From: Minisyncoccota bacterium
Lineage (GTDB): Bacteria; Patescibacteriota; Minisyncoccia; Phycocordibacterales; UBA12079
Direction: 5' to 3'
DNA length: 64,000 nucleotides
Assembly: GCA_023135835.1 (NCBI GenBank)
Contig: JAGLSI010000001.1
Span: 2,400-66,399, forward strand
The notes below the pieces were generated by a model, which had not been told where the DNA came from, ran no database searches, and was given only the letters and a program-made list of their open reading frames with translations. Position numbers and translations under genes: made by a program. Every line of letters begins with the position of its first letter. The stretch's first letter is position 1. This document shows, piece after piece, positions 8,055-17,538 of this stretch.

Positions 8055-11000
8055 ATGACTGAAAAAAATAAAGATGAAAAAGAATTGCAAAAATCTGAAA
8101 CAGCTTTAGGAGAAGAACGAGTTTTAGAATTTTGGAATAAATCAAATACTTTTAAAAAATCAGAAGAAAAAGATGCTCCCAACGGGGATTTTACATTTTA
8201 TGACGGCCCTCCTTTTGCGACAGGAACTCCTCATTTTGGGCATATTTTAGCTGGAACTATTAAAGATGCTATTCCTCGTTATCAAACAATGAAAGGGAAG
8301 AAAGTGATTAGAAAATGGGGTTGGGATTGTCACGGTTTACCTTTAGAAAATATTATTGAAGAAGAGTTGGGTTTAGCTACAAAAAAAGATATTGAAGATT
8401 TTGGTATTGAAAAATTTAATGAATCAGCTAATTCTAAAGTGCTTCGCTATGCTGAATATTGGGAAAAAGTAATTCCTAGACTTGGTCGCTGGGTAGATAT
8501 GCAAGATCCTTACAGAACGATGGATACTAGTTATTCTGAATCAGTATGGTGGTCATTTAAAGAAATTTATAATAAAGGTTTGATTTATGAAGGTTTTAAG
8601 TCAATGCACTATTGTCCTCGTTGTGGAACTACTCTTTCAAATTTTGAGGTTAATCAAGGGTATAAAGATATTAAGGATTTATCAGTAACTGTTAAGTTTG
8701 AACTTGAGGACCCCATCAGAACTAACGGTTTAGGAAAACCTACTTCTGACGGGACAAGTAACCCTAAGACATATATTTTAGCTTGGACAACTACCCCATG
8801 GACGCTTCCTGGTAATATGGCTCTCGCAATAAATAGTAGAGCTGTTTATTGTAAAGTAAAAAGTAGAAGTGAAGAGGGGGAAATATTTATTCTCGCTAAA
8901 GAAAGATTAGACGAAGTATTTAAAGACAAAGAATATGAAATTTTAGAAGAATTTGATGGGTCAAAAATTATTGGTAAAAAATATAAACCAGTTTTTGATT
9001 ATTATATAAATGAAGATATTGAAAATAAACAAAATGCTTGGAAGATTTATGGAGCTGATTTTGTGAGTATGGAAGACGGAACAGGGGTAGTACACCTTGC
9101 TCCAGCTTTTGGTGAAGATGATTTAAATTTAGCTCAGAAAGAAGGAATTCCTGTAATCCACCATGTAGATTTGGAAGGTAAATTTAAAAAAGAAGTAAAG
9201 GAATTTGCAGGAACCCATGTAAAACAAAAAGAAGACCACCAAGCAACTGATATTGAGATAATTAAATCTTTAGCGACAAAAGGGTTGTTGTTTTCAAAAG
9301 AAAAAATAGAACATTCATATCCTCATTGTTGGAGATGTCATACTCCGTTGCTAAATTATGCAACTTCTTCTTGGTTTCTAGCAACTACAAAAATAAAAGA
9401 TAAAATTATTGCTGAAAACAAAGCGATTAAATGGGTGCCTGAAAATATTAGAGACGGGAGAATGGGAAAATGGTTAGAAGGGATGAGGGATTGGGCAATT
9501 TCTCGTTCTCGTTATTGGGGAGCTCCTTTACCTGTTTGGAAATGTGAAGAATGTGATGAAAAGAAAATAATCGGTTCTATTGATGAAATAAAAAAAGAAA
9601 CAAAAAGCACCAACCAGTTTTTTGTTATTCGTCATGGTGAAGCTGATAATAATGTTTTAAGTGTTTGTTCAAAAGGAGTAGCTGATAAACATCATTTAAC
9701 TGAAAAAGGAAAGGAACAAATTTCTATTTCCGCTAAGGAATTGAAAAATAAAAAAATTGATTTAATTATTAGTTCTCCGTATATTCGTACTAAAGAGTCT
9801 GCTGAAATATTAGCTAAAGAATTAGGAGTAAAAGAAATTATTGAAGACAGTAGGGTAGGAGAGGTAAATAGTGGTGACTTTGGCGGGAAGTCTGTTTCAG
9901 AATATCGTAACTTTTTTTCATCCGAAGAAGATTATTTTAAAAAAGCTCCAGAAGGAGGAGAAAGTTTTGATGATATTAAAAAAAGAGTAAGTGAGTTTTT
10001 GTATGATGTAGACGAAAAATATTCTGATAAAATTATTTTAATTGTAGGGCACGAGACTATTAACTGGATGTTAAGAGCGGGGGCTCAAGGAATGAATCCT
10101 TATGAAGCTATAGAATTAAAGAATGAAGTTGGTTTATCGAAAAATGCAGAATGGTATCAATTGGATTTTACGCCAATTCCTCATAATAGAAATTATGAAT
10201 TAGATTTACATCGCCCTTATATAGATGAGGTAGAATTTTCTTGTTCTTGTGGAGGAAAAATGAAAATTATTAAAGAAGTTTTTGATTGTTGGTATGAGTC
10301 AGGCTCAATGTCTTTTGCCTCTAAACATTATCCTTTTGAAAATCTTGATATATTTAATCCTGAAAAAGGAGTTGGTTATCCAGCTAATTTTATTGCTGAA
10401 GGATTAGACCAAACTCGTGGATGGTTTTATTCAATGCTAGTTTTATCAGTAGCCTTGTTTGATAAAGCTGCTTATCAAAATGTAATTGTGAATGGTTTGG
10501 TTATGGCAGAAGATGGACAAAAAATGTCTAAATCAAAACAGAATTTTTCAGATCCTATGGATGTTGTAAATAAATACGGTGCTGATGCTGTTAGATATTA
10601 TTTATTATCTTCTCCTTTAATGAAAGCTGAAGATTTGAATTTCACTGATAAAGGAGTGGATGAGGTTTTGAAAAAGAATATATTAAGATTTAAAAATGTT
10701 TTATCTTTTTATGAATTATATAAAGATGAAAAAGTATCTGATGTAGAAGTTAAGGATAGTCAAAATATTTTAGATAGGTGGGTTTTAAGTCGTTTGAATG
10801 AGTTATCTCAAGAGGTTTCTAAAAATATGGATAATTATGAGATTGATAAGGCTGTTAGACCTATTGCTGATTTTGTAGATGATTTATCAACTTGGTATTT
10901 AAGAAGGTCGCGAGATAGATTTAAAGGTGAAGACCAACAAGATAAGGATTTTGCGATTGTAACGACTAAATATATTTTAGAGAATTTAGCAAAAGTTTAT

Positions 11001-11606
11001 GCTCCAGTTATGCCTTTTGTTGCAGAAGAAATTTGGCAAAAAGTAACTGAAAATAATTTTAAAGATGAAAATAAATCAGTGCATTTGGAAGATTGGGTTG
11101 AGAGGGGTGAAGTGAATGAAGAATTAATTGAAGAAATGGAAGTTGTAAGAACTATTATTTCTCTTGGTTTAGAGATTAGAGCAAAAGAAGGTGTTAAGGT
11201 AAGGCAACCACTTCAAAAATTAAAAGTTAAAAATGAAAAACTAAAAGAAAAAGATGAGCTTGGTGAGTTAATAAAAGATGAGTTAAATGTAAAAGAATTT
11301 GCTTTTGATGAAAATATTGAAAATGAAGTGGAGCTTGATTTAGGGATTACACCAGAGTTAGAAAAAGAGGGGGATTTTAGAGAATTTTTGAGAAATATTC
11401 AGATTTTTAGAAAAGATTCTGGGTTAAAAGCTCATGATGAAATTAATTTAGTTATAAAAACTGATAATTTAGGAAAAGAATTATTAGAAAAGTTTGAAGA
11501 TGAATTAAAGCGAGTAGCGGGAATAAAAGAAATTCAGTTTGTTGAAGTAAATGATGGAAAGGAAATAGTAATTAAAGAATATAACTTTAAAATTAAAATT
11601 ATTTAA
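8055..11606 (+). CDS. ileS: isoleucine--tRNA ligase with inserted histidine-phosphatase (PGM-like) domain
   Basis: HIGH-type motif PHFGHIL, KMSKS, editing domain, Zn motifs; insert ~9610-10190 carries RHGE, SSPYIRTKESA, LIVGHETINWMLR motifs. Confidence 0.9.
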   Translation: MTEKNKDEKELQKSETALGEERVLEFWNKSNTFKKSEEKDAPNGDFTFYDGPPFATGTPHFGHILAGTIKDAIPRYQTMKGKKVIRKWGWDCHGLPLENIIEEELGLATKKDIEDFGIEKFNESANSKVLRYAEYWEKVIPRLGRWVDMQDPYRTMDTSYSESVWWSFKEIYNKGLIYEGFKSMHYCPRCGTTLSNFEVNQGYKDIKDLSVTVKFELEDPIRTNGLGKPTSDGTSNPKTYILAWTTTPWTLPGNMALAINSRAVYCKVKSRSEEGEIFILAKERLDEVFKDKEYEILEEFDGSKIIGKKYKPVFDYYINEDIENKQNAWKIYGADFVSMEDGTGVVHLAPAFGEDDLNLAQKEGIPVIHHVDLEGKFKKEVKEFAGTHVKQKEDHQATDIEIIKSLATKGLLFSKEKIEHSYPHCWRCHTPLLNYATSSWFLATTKIKDKIIAENKAIKWVPENIRDGRMGKWLEGMRDWAISRSRYWGAPLPVWKCEECDEKKIIGSIDEIKKETKSTNQFFVIRHGEADNNVLSVCSKGVADKHHLTEKGKEQISISAKELKNKKIDLIISSPYIRTKESAEILAKELGVKEIIEDSRVGEVNSGDFGGKSVSEYRNFFSSEEDYFKKAPEGGESFDDIKKRVSEFLYDVDEKYSDKIILIVGHETINWMLRAGAQGMNPYEAIELKNEVGLSKNAEWYQLDFTPIPHNRNYELDLHRPYIDEVEFSCSCGGKMKIIKEVFDCWYESGSMSFASKHYPFENLDIFNPEKGVGYPANFIAEGLDQTRGWFYSMLVLSVALFDKAAYQNVIVNGLVMAEDGQKMSKSKQNFSDPMDVVNKYGADAVRYYLLSSPLMKAEDLNFTDKGVDEVLKKNILRFKNVLSFYELYKDEKVSDVEVKDSQNILDRWVLSRLNELSQEVSKNMDNYEIDKAVRPIADFVDDLSTWYLRRSRDRFKGEDQQDKDFAIVTTKYILENLAKVYAPVMPFVAEEIWQKVTENNFKDENKSVHLEDWVERGEVNEELIEEMEVVRTIISLGLEIRAKEGVKVRQPLQKLKVKNEKLKEKDELGELIKDELNVKEFAFDENIENEVELDLGITPELEKEGDFREFLRNIQIFRKDSGLKAHDEINLVIKTDNLGKELLEKFEDELKRVAGIKEIQFVEVNDGKEIVIKEYNFKIKII

Positions 11607-11648
11607 TACAGATTTGCAGAAAAACAGATTTATTGATATACTCTAGTT

Positions 11649-11894
11649 ATGAATACAATAGCAAGAATACAATCTAGAGGAACCTTTACTATACCTAAGA
11701 AAATTAGGGATGTTTTAGATTTATCAAATGGAGACATGCTTAATGTTAATTTAAAAAACAAAAAAATAGTAATTGAACCTATTAAAACTGATAAAAGTTT
11801 ACAAAAAGATATTTTAAATTCTTTAGAAGATATTAAAAAAGGAGATTTCATTTCTTTTTCTTCCGCTAAAGAAATGCGTAAAAAAATAAGTTAG
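11649..11894 (+). CDS. AbrB/MazE/SpoVT-type antitoxin
   Basis: swapped-hairpin motif TFTIPKKIRDVLDLSNGDMLNVNLKN..IVIEPI. Confidence 0.55.
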   Translation: MNTIARIQSRGTFTIPKKIRDVLDLSNGDMLNVNLKNKKIVIEPIKTDKSLQKDILNSLEDIKKGDFISFSSAKEMRKKIS

Positions 11895-11895
11895 T

Positions 11896-12141
11896 ATGAT
11901 TGGTATAATTACTAAGACAGCAGAAAAACAGTATTTTAAATTACCTAAAAAAATTCAAAGTTTATGCGATAAACAAATTGATTTTTTATTAGAAGATTAT
12001 AGACATCCTTCTTTAAATTCAAAAAAATATGATAAAGAAATTAATCTTTGGCAAGCGAGGATAAATAAATTTTATAGATTCTATTTTTTTATTGAGGAGG
12101 ATAGATATATAATAGTTAGTATTAAAAAACACCCTAAATAA
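11896..12141 (+). CDS. RelE/ParE-fold toxin (putative)
   Basis: 81 aa, 2-nt spacing after antitoxin, C-terminal basic/aromatic pattern (WQARINKFYRFYFFIEEDRYIIVSIKKHPK) resembling RelE/YoeB. Confidence 0.45.
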   Translation: MIGIITKTAEKQYFKLPKKIQSLCDKQIDFLLEDYRHPSLNSKKYDKEINLWQARINKFYRFYFFIEEDRYIIVSIKKHPK

Positions 12142-12145
12142 AATT

Positions 12146-12886
12146 ATGAAAAAATTAATATTTTTAGATACAGAAACAACAGGGAATGATTTAAAAGAGG
12201 ATCGGCTTTGTCAGGTGGCTTATAAAATTGATGGTGATATGACGGCTAAAAACTTTAAACCAACTATCCCTATTTCAATTAAAGCTATGAGTGTAACAAA
12301 TATTACAAATAAAATTGTTGAAAATGAGGAAGCTTTTCAGGGAAGTAATTTTGCTAAGGAATTACAAGATTTATTAAATGAAAATATTTTAGTAGCACAT
12401 AATGCTTCTTTTGATATTGCGATGTTGGAAAATGAAGGTTTAAAAGTTCCTAATTATATTTGCACCTTGAAATTATCTCGTTATTTAGATGATAAGGCTG
12501 AAATTCCAGAACATAATTTGCAATTTTTAAGATATTACTATGATGTTGACCCTAATCTTACAGACGGGCACAGTTTAGATGTAATTGCTCACAGTGCTGA
12601 TGGGGATGTTTTGGTTTTAGAAGCTATTTATAAATATATTCACAATTTAGCTAAAGAAAAATCTAATACAGAGGCAGATGAAGATATTTTGAATAGAATG
12701 ATGGAGATTTCTAAAAAACCATCATTAATACGAAGATTCTCTTTCGGAAAACATATAAATAAATTGGTAGAAGATGTTGTTCAAGAAGATAAAGGATATC
12801 TAGAATGGTTTTTAAAAACTAAAGAGGAGGAAGGGACAGATGAAGATTGGATTTATACTCTTAAATATTTTTTAAATATAAAATAG
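12146..12886 (+). CDS. DEDDh 3'-5' exonuclease (DnaQ-like)
   Basis: Exo I FLDTETTG, Exo II VAHNASFDIAML, Exo III H..DGD motifs. Confidence 0.7.
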   Translation: MKKLIFLDTETTGNDLKEDRLCQVAYKIDGDMTAKNFKPTIPISIKAMSVTNITNKIVENEEAFQGSNFAKELQDLLNENILVAHNASFDIAMLENEGLKVPNYICTLKLSRYLDDKAEIPEHNLQFLRYYYDVDPNLTDGHSLDVIAHSADGDVLVLEAIYKYIHNLAKEKSNTEADEDILNRMMEISKKPSLIRRFSFGKHINKLVEDVVQEDKGYLEWFLKTKEEEGTDEDWIYTLKYFLNIK

Positions 12887-12924
12887 AGATTTTTAATAAA
12901 AAGTTAAAGATTTAATAAAGAAGA

Positions 12925-12952
12925 CCGTAATCGCTACGCGATTACGGTCTTT
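12925..12952. terminator. bidirectional terminator hairpin (agaccgtaatcgctacgcgattacggtct)
   Basis: 12-bp stem between convergent genes. Confidence 0.55.
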
Positions 12953-12969
12953 GTATATCCTTTAAAAGA

Positions 12970-13179
12970 TTAATTCCAAATTCTTTCCCACACAATCTTT
13001 CTTGTTTTCCAGTAGGCTTTTTGTAATGGGTTTGTTTTTAGAATACTTTTTTTATCAATATTGCTATGGAGAAGTCCGCAGTCAGAACAAGGAGAAGAAC
13101 GTATTCTTTTTCCGTCTACTTCCACCACAATTATTGAATTTTCATCCACTAAGTTCTCACAATCTTTACATATATTCAT
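12970..13179 (-). CDS. small Zn-ribbon protein (CxxC...CxxC)
   Basis: 69 aa with CKDCENL...CSDCG; convergent with upstream gene at a bidirectional terminator. Confidence 0.35.
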   Translation of the reverse strand: MNICKDCENLVDENSIIVVEVDGKRIRSSPCSDCGLLHSNIDKKSILKTNPLQKAYWKTRKIVWERIWN

Positions 13180-13291
13180 TTTTTAACTCCTTTATGGATA
13201 AGAACAATTAAATTTACTAAACAAAATATATAATACTTTATATATAAAGTAAACCCTATATCTTCAAAATTAAATGAGCTATACTATTTAA

Positions 13292-13903
13292 ATGCATGAA
13301 ATTTATAATACAGAAGGAATTATCTTAAGTGGTGGTGATATTGGCGAAGCTAACAAATTTATTAATATTTTTTCAGAACAATTTGGTTTAATTTCAGCCA
13401 CAGCTCAAAGTGTAAGACAAATAAAGTCAAAACTTCGTTTTGGATTACAGAAATTTACAGTTTCTAATTTTTCTTTAGTACGTGGAAAGGATGTTTGGCG
13501 AATTACAAATATAGAATATAAACAAAATCTTTATTATGAGTTTTGCAAGGATAAAAACAAACTAAAAACCATGATTAGTATTTTGGTTTTAATTAAAAAA
13601 CTTTTAGCAGGTGAGAAGTATAATAAAAGACTATACAAGATAATTCGTCGTTCCATTTCTTTTTTAAAAAAAGAAAATTTATCAGAGAAAGAAATTAGTG
13701 ATTTTGAAAATATTGTTTTAATTAGAGTGTTGCACAATCTGGGTTATTTTAATGAAGATAAAAAGATTCAAGGAGAAAATATTTATAAAAAAATAATTGA
13801 AACTTCATCTTGGAGTAAAAAGATACTAGAAGAAGTTAGAGGTTTTAACGGAGAGATTATAGAAGATATTAATGAGTCTTTATATAATACTCATTTATTT
13901 TAG
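13292..13903 (+). CDS. recO: DNA repair protein RecO (short form)
   Basis: N-terminal OB-fold pattern EGIILSGGDIGEANKFINIFSEQFGLISATAQSVRQIKSKL. Confidence 0.6.
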   Translation: MHEIYNTEGIILSGGDIGEANKFINIFSEQFGLISATAQSVRQIKSKLRFGLQKFTVSNFSLVRGKDVWRITNIEYKQNLYYEFCKDKNKLKTMISILVLIKKLLAGEKYNKRLYKIIRRSISFLKKENLSEKEISDFENIVLIRVLHNLGYFNEDKKIQGENIYKKIIETSSWSKKILEEVRGFNGEIIEDINESLYNTHLF

Positions 13904-13933
13904 ATTAATATATATGTTATAATTTAATTACTT

Positions 13934-14030
13934 ATCCTGTTAGAGATTAAGGATTAGTTTATAATTTAAAAATATTATTAATTTAATTTAAAAAGATAAA
14001 ATCTATAAAAATTTTATCTTTAATAGGATG
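13934..14030 (+). promoter_or_regulatory. conserved leader stem ATCCTGTTAGAGAT / ATCTTTAATAGGAT overlapping AUG of 14028 gene
   Basis: second copy of the secE-type leader. Confidence 0.45.
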
Positions 14031-16022
14031 GATGATTTAAATAATAAACCATTAACTCAAATAGAGAAATTAAAAAGAACTCTTTTTTTTAAAAATAAAA
14101 ATAAAAATAAAAAAAAAGAAGTTATTAATAATTTAAAGCCTAAAAAATATTTAGTTGATAGTGATTGGAAAAAAGAGGAAGTGGAGCCTGTTAAAAATCA
14201 ACCAGATGACCCTAGGCTAGATTGGCAGGGGAAAGGAGATATGAAAAAAGAAAGTAAGTCACCAAAAAAGAAAATGACATTTTTCGGGAAATTGGTAATT
14301 TTCTCTGTTTTGTTTTTCATAGGTTCGTTTTTTGTAGCCTTGTATGTTTTTTATGGAGGAGTAAATATTATCTCTACTGAAAATGTTGATATTTCTATTT
14401 CAGGACCATCTTCTATAGGTGGAGGGGAAGAACTTTCTTTTCAAATAACTGTGCAGAATAATAATTCAGTTGATTTAGAGTTAGCTGATTTAATTGTGGA
14501 ATATCCTAATGGAACTCTTTTGGCTGATGACAGAAATACTAAATTAACTTTAGTAAGAAAAACATTAAATACTGTTCCGGCGGGGGGTAGTTCTACTCAT
14601 ATCTTTAAATCAGTTTTGTTTGGAAATGAAGGAGACTTAAAAGATATTATTATTACTATTGAGTATCGTGCAAAAGGATCAAATGCCATTTTCTTTAAAG
14701 AAAGAAAATATGAAGTTTTGATTGATTCTTCACCTATTGTTTTTGTAGTTGATATTCCAGAAAAAATTACAGCAGGACAAGAATTTGAAATGGATATAGA
14801 GATATATTCTAACTCTAATAAAGTAATTGAAGATTTTTTGTTTGAAGCTGACTATCCTTTTGGTTTTATTTTTAAAGATTCTAATATAAGGCCAAGTTAT
14901 AGGGATAATATTTGGAGTTTTGGTGATATTAGTCCAAATTCAAAAAATATTTTAAAAATACAAGGTGTTTTAGAGGGGCAAAATGAAGAGGAAAGGATTT
15001 TTAGATTTTATGGAGGTTCTGAGGATAAAGAAGATGATAATGTAATTAAAGCAAAGTTAGTATCTATAATAGAACCTATTTTAATCAGAAAATCTTTAAT
15101 AGGAGTAGATTTAGTTTTAAATGGAGATTATAGTTCTGAATATATTACATCAAGTGATAAAGATATAAGAGTGGATGTTTTGTGGTCAAATAATTTAATC
15201 ACTAAGCTAGTTGATGCTGAGTTAGTAGTTAATCTGAAAGGAAATACTTTGGATAAAAGGACTATTTCTTCGGATGAAGGTTATTATAAATCCTTAGATA
15301 ATTCAATAACTTGGAATAAAAAGAGCAGTCCTCAGTTGGCAGTATTAAATCCAGGTGATAGCGGGAATCTTAGTTTTAGTTTCTCTATTTTTCCTCTTTC
15401 TTATATTTCAAATTCTGGAGTAAAAAATCCAGAAATTGAATTAGAGTTGGTAGTTAAAGCTAACCAATTATCAGAATTAGATTCCTCGGTAGAAAAAATA
15501 GAAACAAAACTAGTTAAAACAATTAAATTAAATACAGATTTACTTTTGACAGGACAAACTCTTTATTCCGTTGGTTCTTTTGAAAATACAGGACCAATTC
15601 CTCCTAAAGTTGATAATGAAACTACTTATACTATTGTTTTAACTGCTACAAATACCTCAAATAGTATTTCTAAAGCTAAGGTGGTAGCAACTTTGCCTGC
15701 TTATGTAAAATGGATGGATAGAATAAGTCCGTCTTTTGAAAATATTAAATTTAATCAAGTAGGGGGGGAGATTGTTTGGGATATAGGAGATTTGCCTGCT
15801 GGAGCTGGAATATTAACAGCAATGAAAGAAGTTTCTTTTCAAGTTTCTTTTTTACCTAGCTTGAGTCAGGTTGGTTCAGAACCTGTTTTAATAGATAATC
15901 TTTATATTGAAGGGGTAGATGATTTTACAGGAAAATATATTAAGTATCCAATTAAAGCAATTACCACAAGCTTTGAGACAGACCCAGTTTATGGTTTAAG
16001 AGATGAAGATGTGGTAGAGTAA
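14028..16022 (+). CDS. large N-terminally anchored extracytoplasmic protein, beta-rich, unknown function
   Basis: Lys-rich cytoplasmic N-term, one TM (FFGKLVIFSVLFFIGSFFVALYVFYGG), 560-aa Ser/Thr/Asn-rich ectodomain. Confidence 0.6.
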   Translation: MDDLNNKPLTQIEKLKRTLFFKNKNKNKKKEVINNLKPKKYLVDSDWKKEEVEPVKNQPDDPRLDWQGKGDMKKESKSPKKKMTFFGKLVIFSVLFFIGSFFVALYVFYGGVNIISTENVDISISGPSSIGGGEELSFQITVQNNNSVDLELADLIVEYPNGTLLADDRNTKLTLVRKTLNTVPAGGSSTHIFKSVLFGNEGDLKDIIITIEYRAKGSNAIFFKERKYEVLIDSSPIVFVVDIPEKITAGQEFEMDIEIYSNSNKVIEDFLFEADYPFGFIFKDSNIRPSYRDNIWSFGDISPNSKNILKIQGVLEGQNEEERIFRFYGGSEDKEDDNVIKAKLVSIIEPILIRKSLIGVDLVLNGDYSSEYITSSDKDIRVDVLWSNNLITKLVDAELVVNLKGNTLDKRTISSDEGYYKSLDNSITWNKKSSPQLAVLNPGDSGNLSFSFSIFPLSYISNSGVKNPEIELELVVKANQLSELDSSVEKIETKLVKTIKLNTDLLLTGQTLYSVGSFENTGPIPPKVDNETTYTIVLTATNTSNSISKAKVVATLPAYVKWMDRISPSFENIKFNQVGGEIVWDIGDLPAGAGILTAMKEVSFQVSFLPSLSQVGSEPVLIDNLYIEGVDDFTGKYIKYPIKAITTSFETDPVYGLRDEDVVE

Positions 16023-16057
16023 AATATATATTATTAGGTATTAAATAATTTAAAACT

Positions 16058-17452
16058 ATGTCAGAAAAAGAAAATAAGATGGAGAAAATAGTATCTTTAT
16101 GTAAACGAAGAGGTTTAATTTTTCAAGGTTCAGAAATTTATGGTGGAATGGGAGGAACATATACATATGGACCTTTAGGAGTTGAGTTAAAGAATAATAT
16201 AAAACAATTATGGTGGAAAAAATTTGTTCAAGATAGAATAAATATTGTAGGTATTGATGGTCCAATCTTATTGCATCCAAAATTATGGGAAGCTTCTGGT
16301 CATGCTGAAGGTTTTGGGGATGCTATGGTTGATTGTAAGGAGTGTAAAAAAAGATTTAGGGCAGATCATTTAGTTGAAGATGAGACAGGAGAGGATTTGG
16401 AGGGAAAGAATGAAGAAATGACAAAAATTATTAAAGAAAAGGAAATTAAATGTCCTAATTGTGGAAAAGTTAATTGGACTGATGTTAAGGATTTTAACAT
16501 GATGTTTAAAACACAGATGAATGGAGTTGAGGGAGATATTTTTTTAAGACCAGAAACAGCAGGGGCAATTTTTATTGAGTTTAAAAATGTATTGGATTCT
16601 ACTCAGCAGAAAATACCTTTTGGTATTGCTCAAATAGGAAAAGCTTTTAGGAATGAAATTGTAGCAAGTAATTTTATATTTAGGTTAAGAGAGTTTGAAC
16701 AAATGGAAATTGAATATCTTATTAGGCCTCAAGATAATTGGGAACCAATATTTGATGACTGGTTAAGTCAGCAAGAAGATTTTGCTATGGAATTAGGAGC
16801 AAAAAAAGAAGATTTAAGAAGATTAGAGCATCCAAGAGAAAAATTATCTCATTATTCTAAAAAAACGATTGATATTGAATATAATTTCCCTTTTGGTTTT
16901 AAAGAGTTGTTTGGTTTAGCTCATAGAGGAGATTTTGATTTAACTCAACATACTGAGTTTGGTAATGAAAAATTAGAATATTTTGATCAAGAAAGTGGTG
17001 AAAGATTCATACCTCATATTCTAGAGCCTACTTTTGGTGTAGAAAGATCTTTGTTAGTTGCTTTAGTCTCTGCTTATACTGAGGAACAAGTAGGAGATCC
17101 TAATCCTGAGGATGGACAAAGAGATACTCGTATAGTTCTAAAATTTCCAAAGAAATTAGCTCCTGTAAAAATTGCTTTCCTACCTTTATCTAAAAAAGAG
17201 GAATTAACAAATCCTACTAAAGAATTATTTAATCAAATGCAAGAGAAATTTGTATGTCAGTATGACGATACTCAATCAATCGGGAAGAGATACAGAAGAC
17301 AAGATGAAATAGGGACTCCTTACTGTGTTACTTTTGACTTTGATTCTTTAGAAGATAAGTCTGTAACTGTGCGAGATAGGGATACTATGGAGCAAGAAAG
17401 AGTGAAAATAGAAGAATTAGAAAATTATTTAACAGAGAAATTAAGCGAATAA
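16058..17452 (+). CDS. glyQS: glycine--tRNA ligase (dimeric GlyQS type)
   Basis: N-term RRGLIFQGSEIYGGMGGTYTYGPLGVELKNNI, class II motifs. Confidence 0.9.
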   Translation: MSEKENKMEKIVSLCKRRGLIFQGSEIYGGMGGTYTYGPLGVELKNNIKQLWWKKFVQDRINIVGIDGPILLHPKLWEASGHAEGFGDAMVDCKECKKRFRADHLVEDETGEDLEGKNEEMTKIIKEKEIKCPNCGKVNWTDVKDFNMMFKTQMNGVEGDIFLRPETAGAIFIEFKNVLDSTQQKIPFGIAQIGKAFRNEIVASNFIFRLREFEQMEIEYLIRPQDNWEPIFDDWLSQQEDFAMELGAKKEDLRRLEHPREKLSHYSKKTIDIEYNFPFGFKELFGLAHRGDFDLTQHTEFGNEKLEYFDQESGERFIPHILEPTFGVERSLLVALVSAYTEEQVGDPNPEDGQRDTRIVLKFPKKLAPVKIAFLPLSKKEELTNPTKELFNQMQEKFVCQYDDTQSIGKRYRRQDEIGTPYCVTFDFDSLEDKSVTVRDRDTMEQERVKIEELENYLTEKLSE

Positions 17453-17483
17453 AATAATTGAATTTTAAGGGTTGAAATAACGA

Positions 17484-17518
17484 TTTTAACGGCTACATTA
17501 ACGTAGCCGTTAAAATTT
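17484..17518 (+). terminator. terminator hairpin ttttaacggctac...gtagccgttaaaa
   Basis: member of a recurring AACGGCTA..TAGCCGTT hairpin family (also 35421, 40268). Confidence 0.55.
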
Positions 17519-17538
17519 ATAGAATTTTTAGAAATTAA

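Noticed and set aside
17484-17518. AACGGCTAC...GTAGCCGTT hairpins (17484, 35421, 40268) as a mobile repeat family
   Set aside because: Loops and flanks differ and each sits right after a stop codon followed by T-runs. They are most simply ordinary terminators sharing a favoured stem sequence. The identical 28-mers flanking the R-M cassette are treated separately because they are exact copies.
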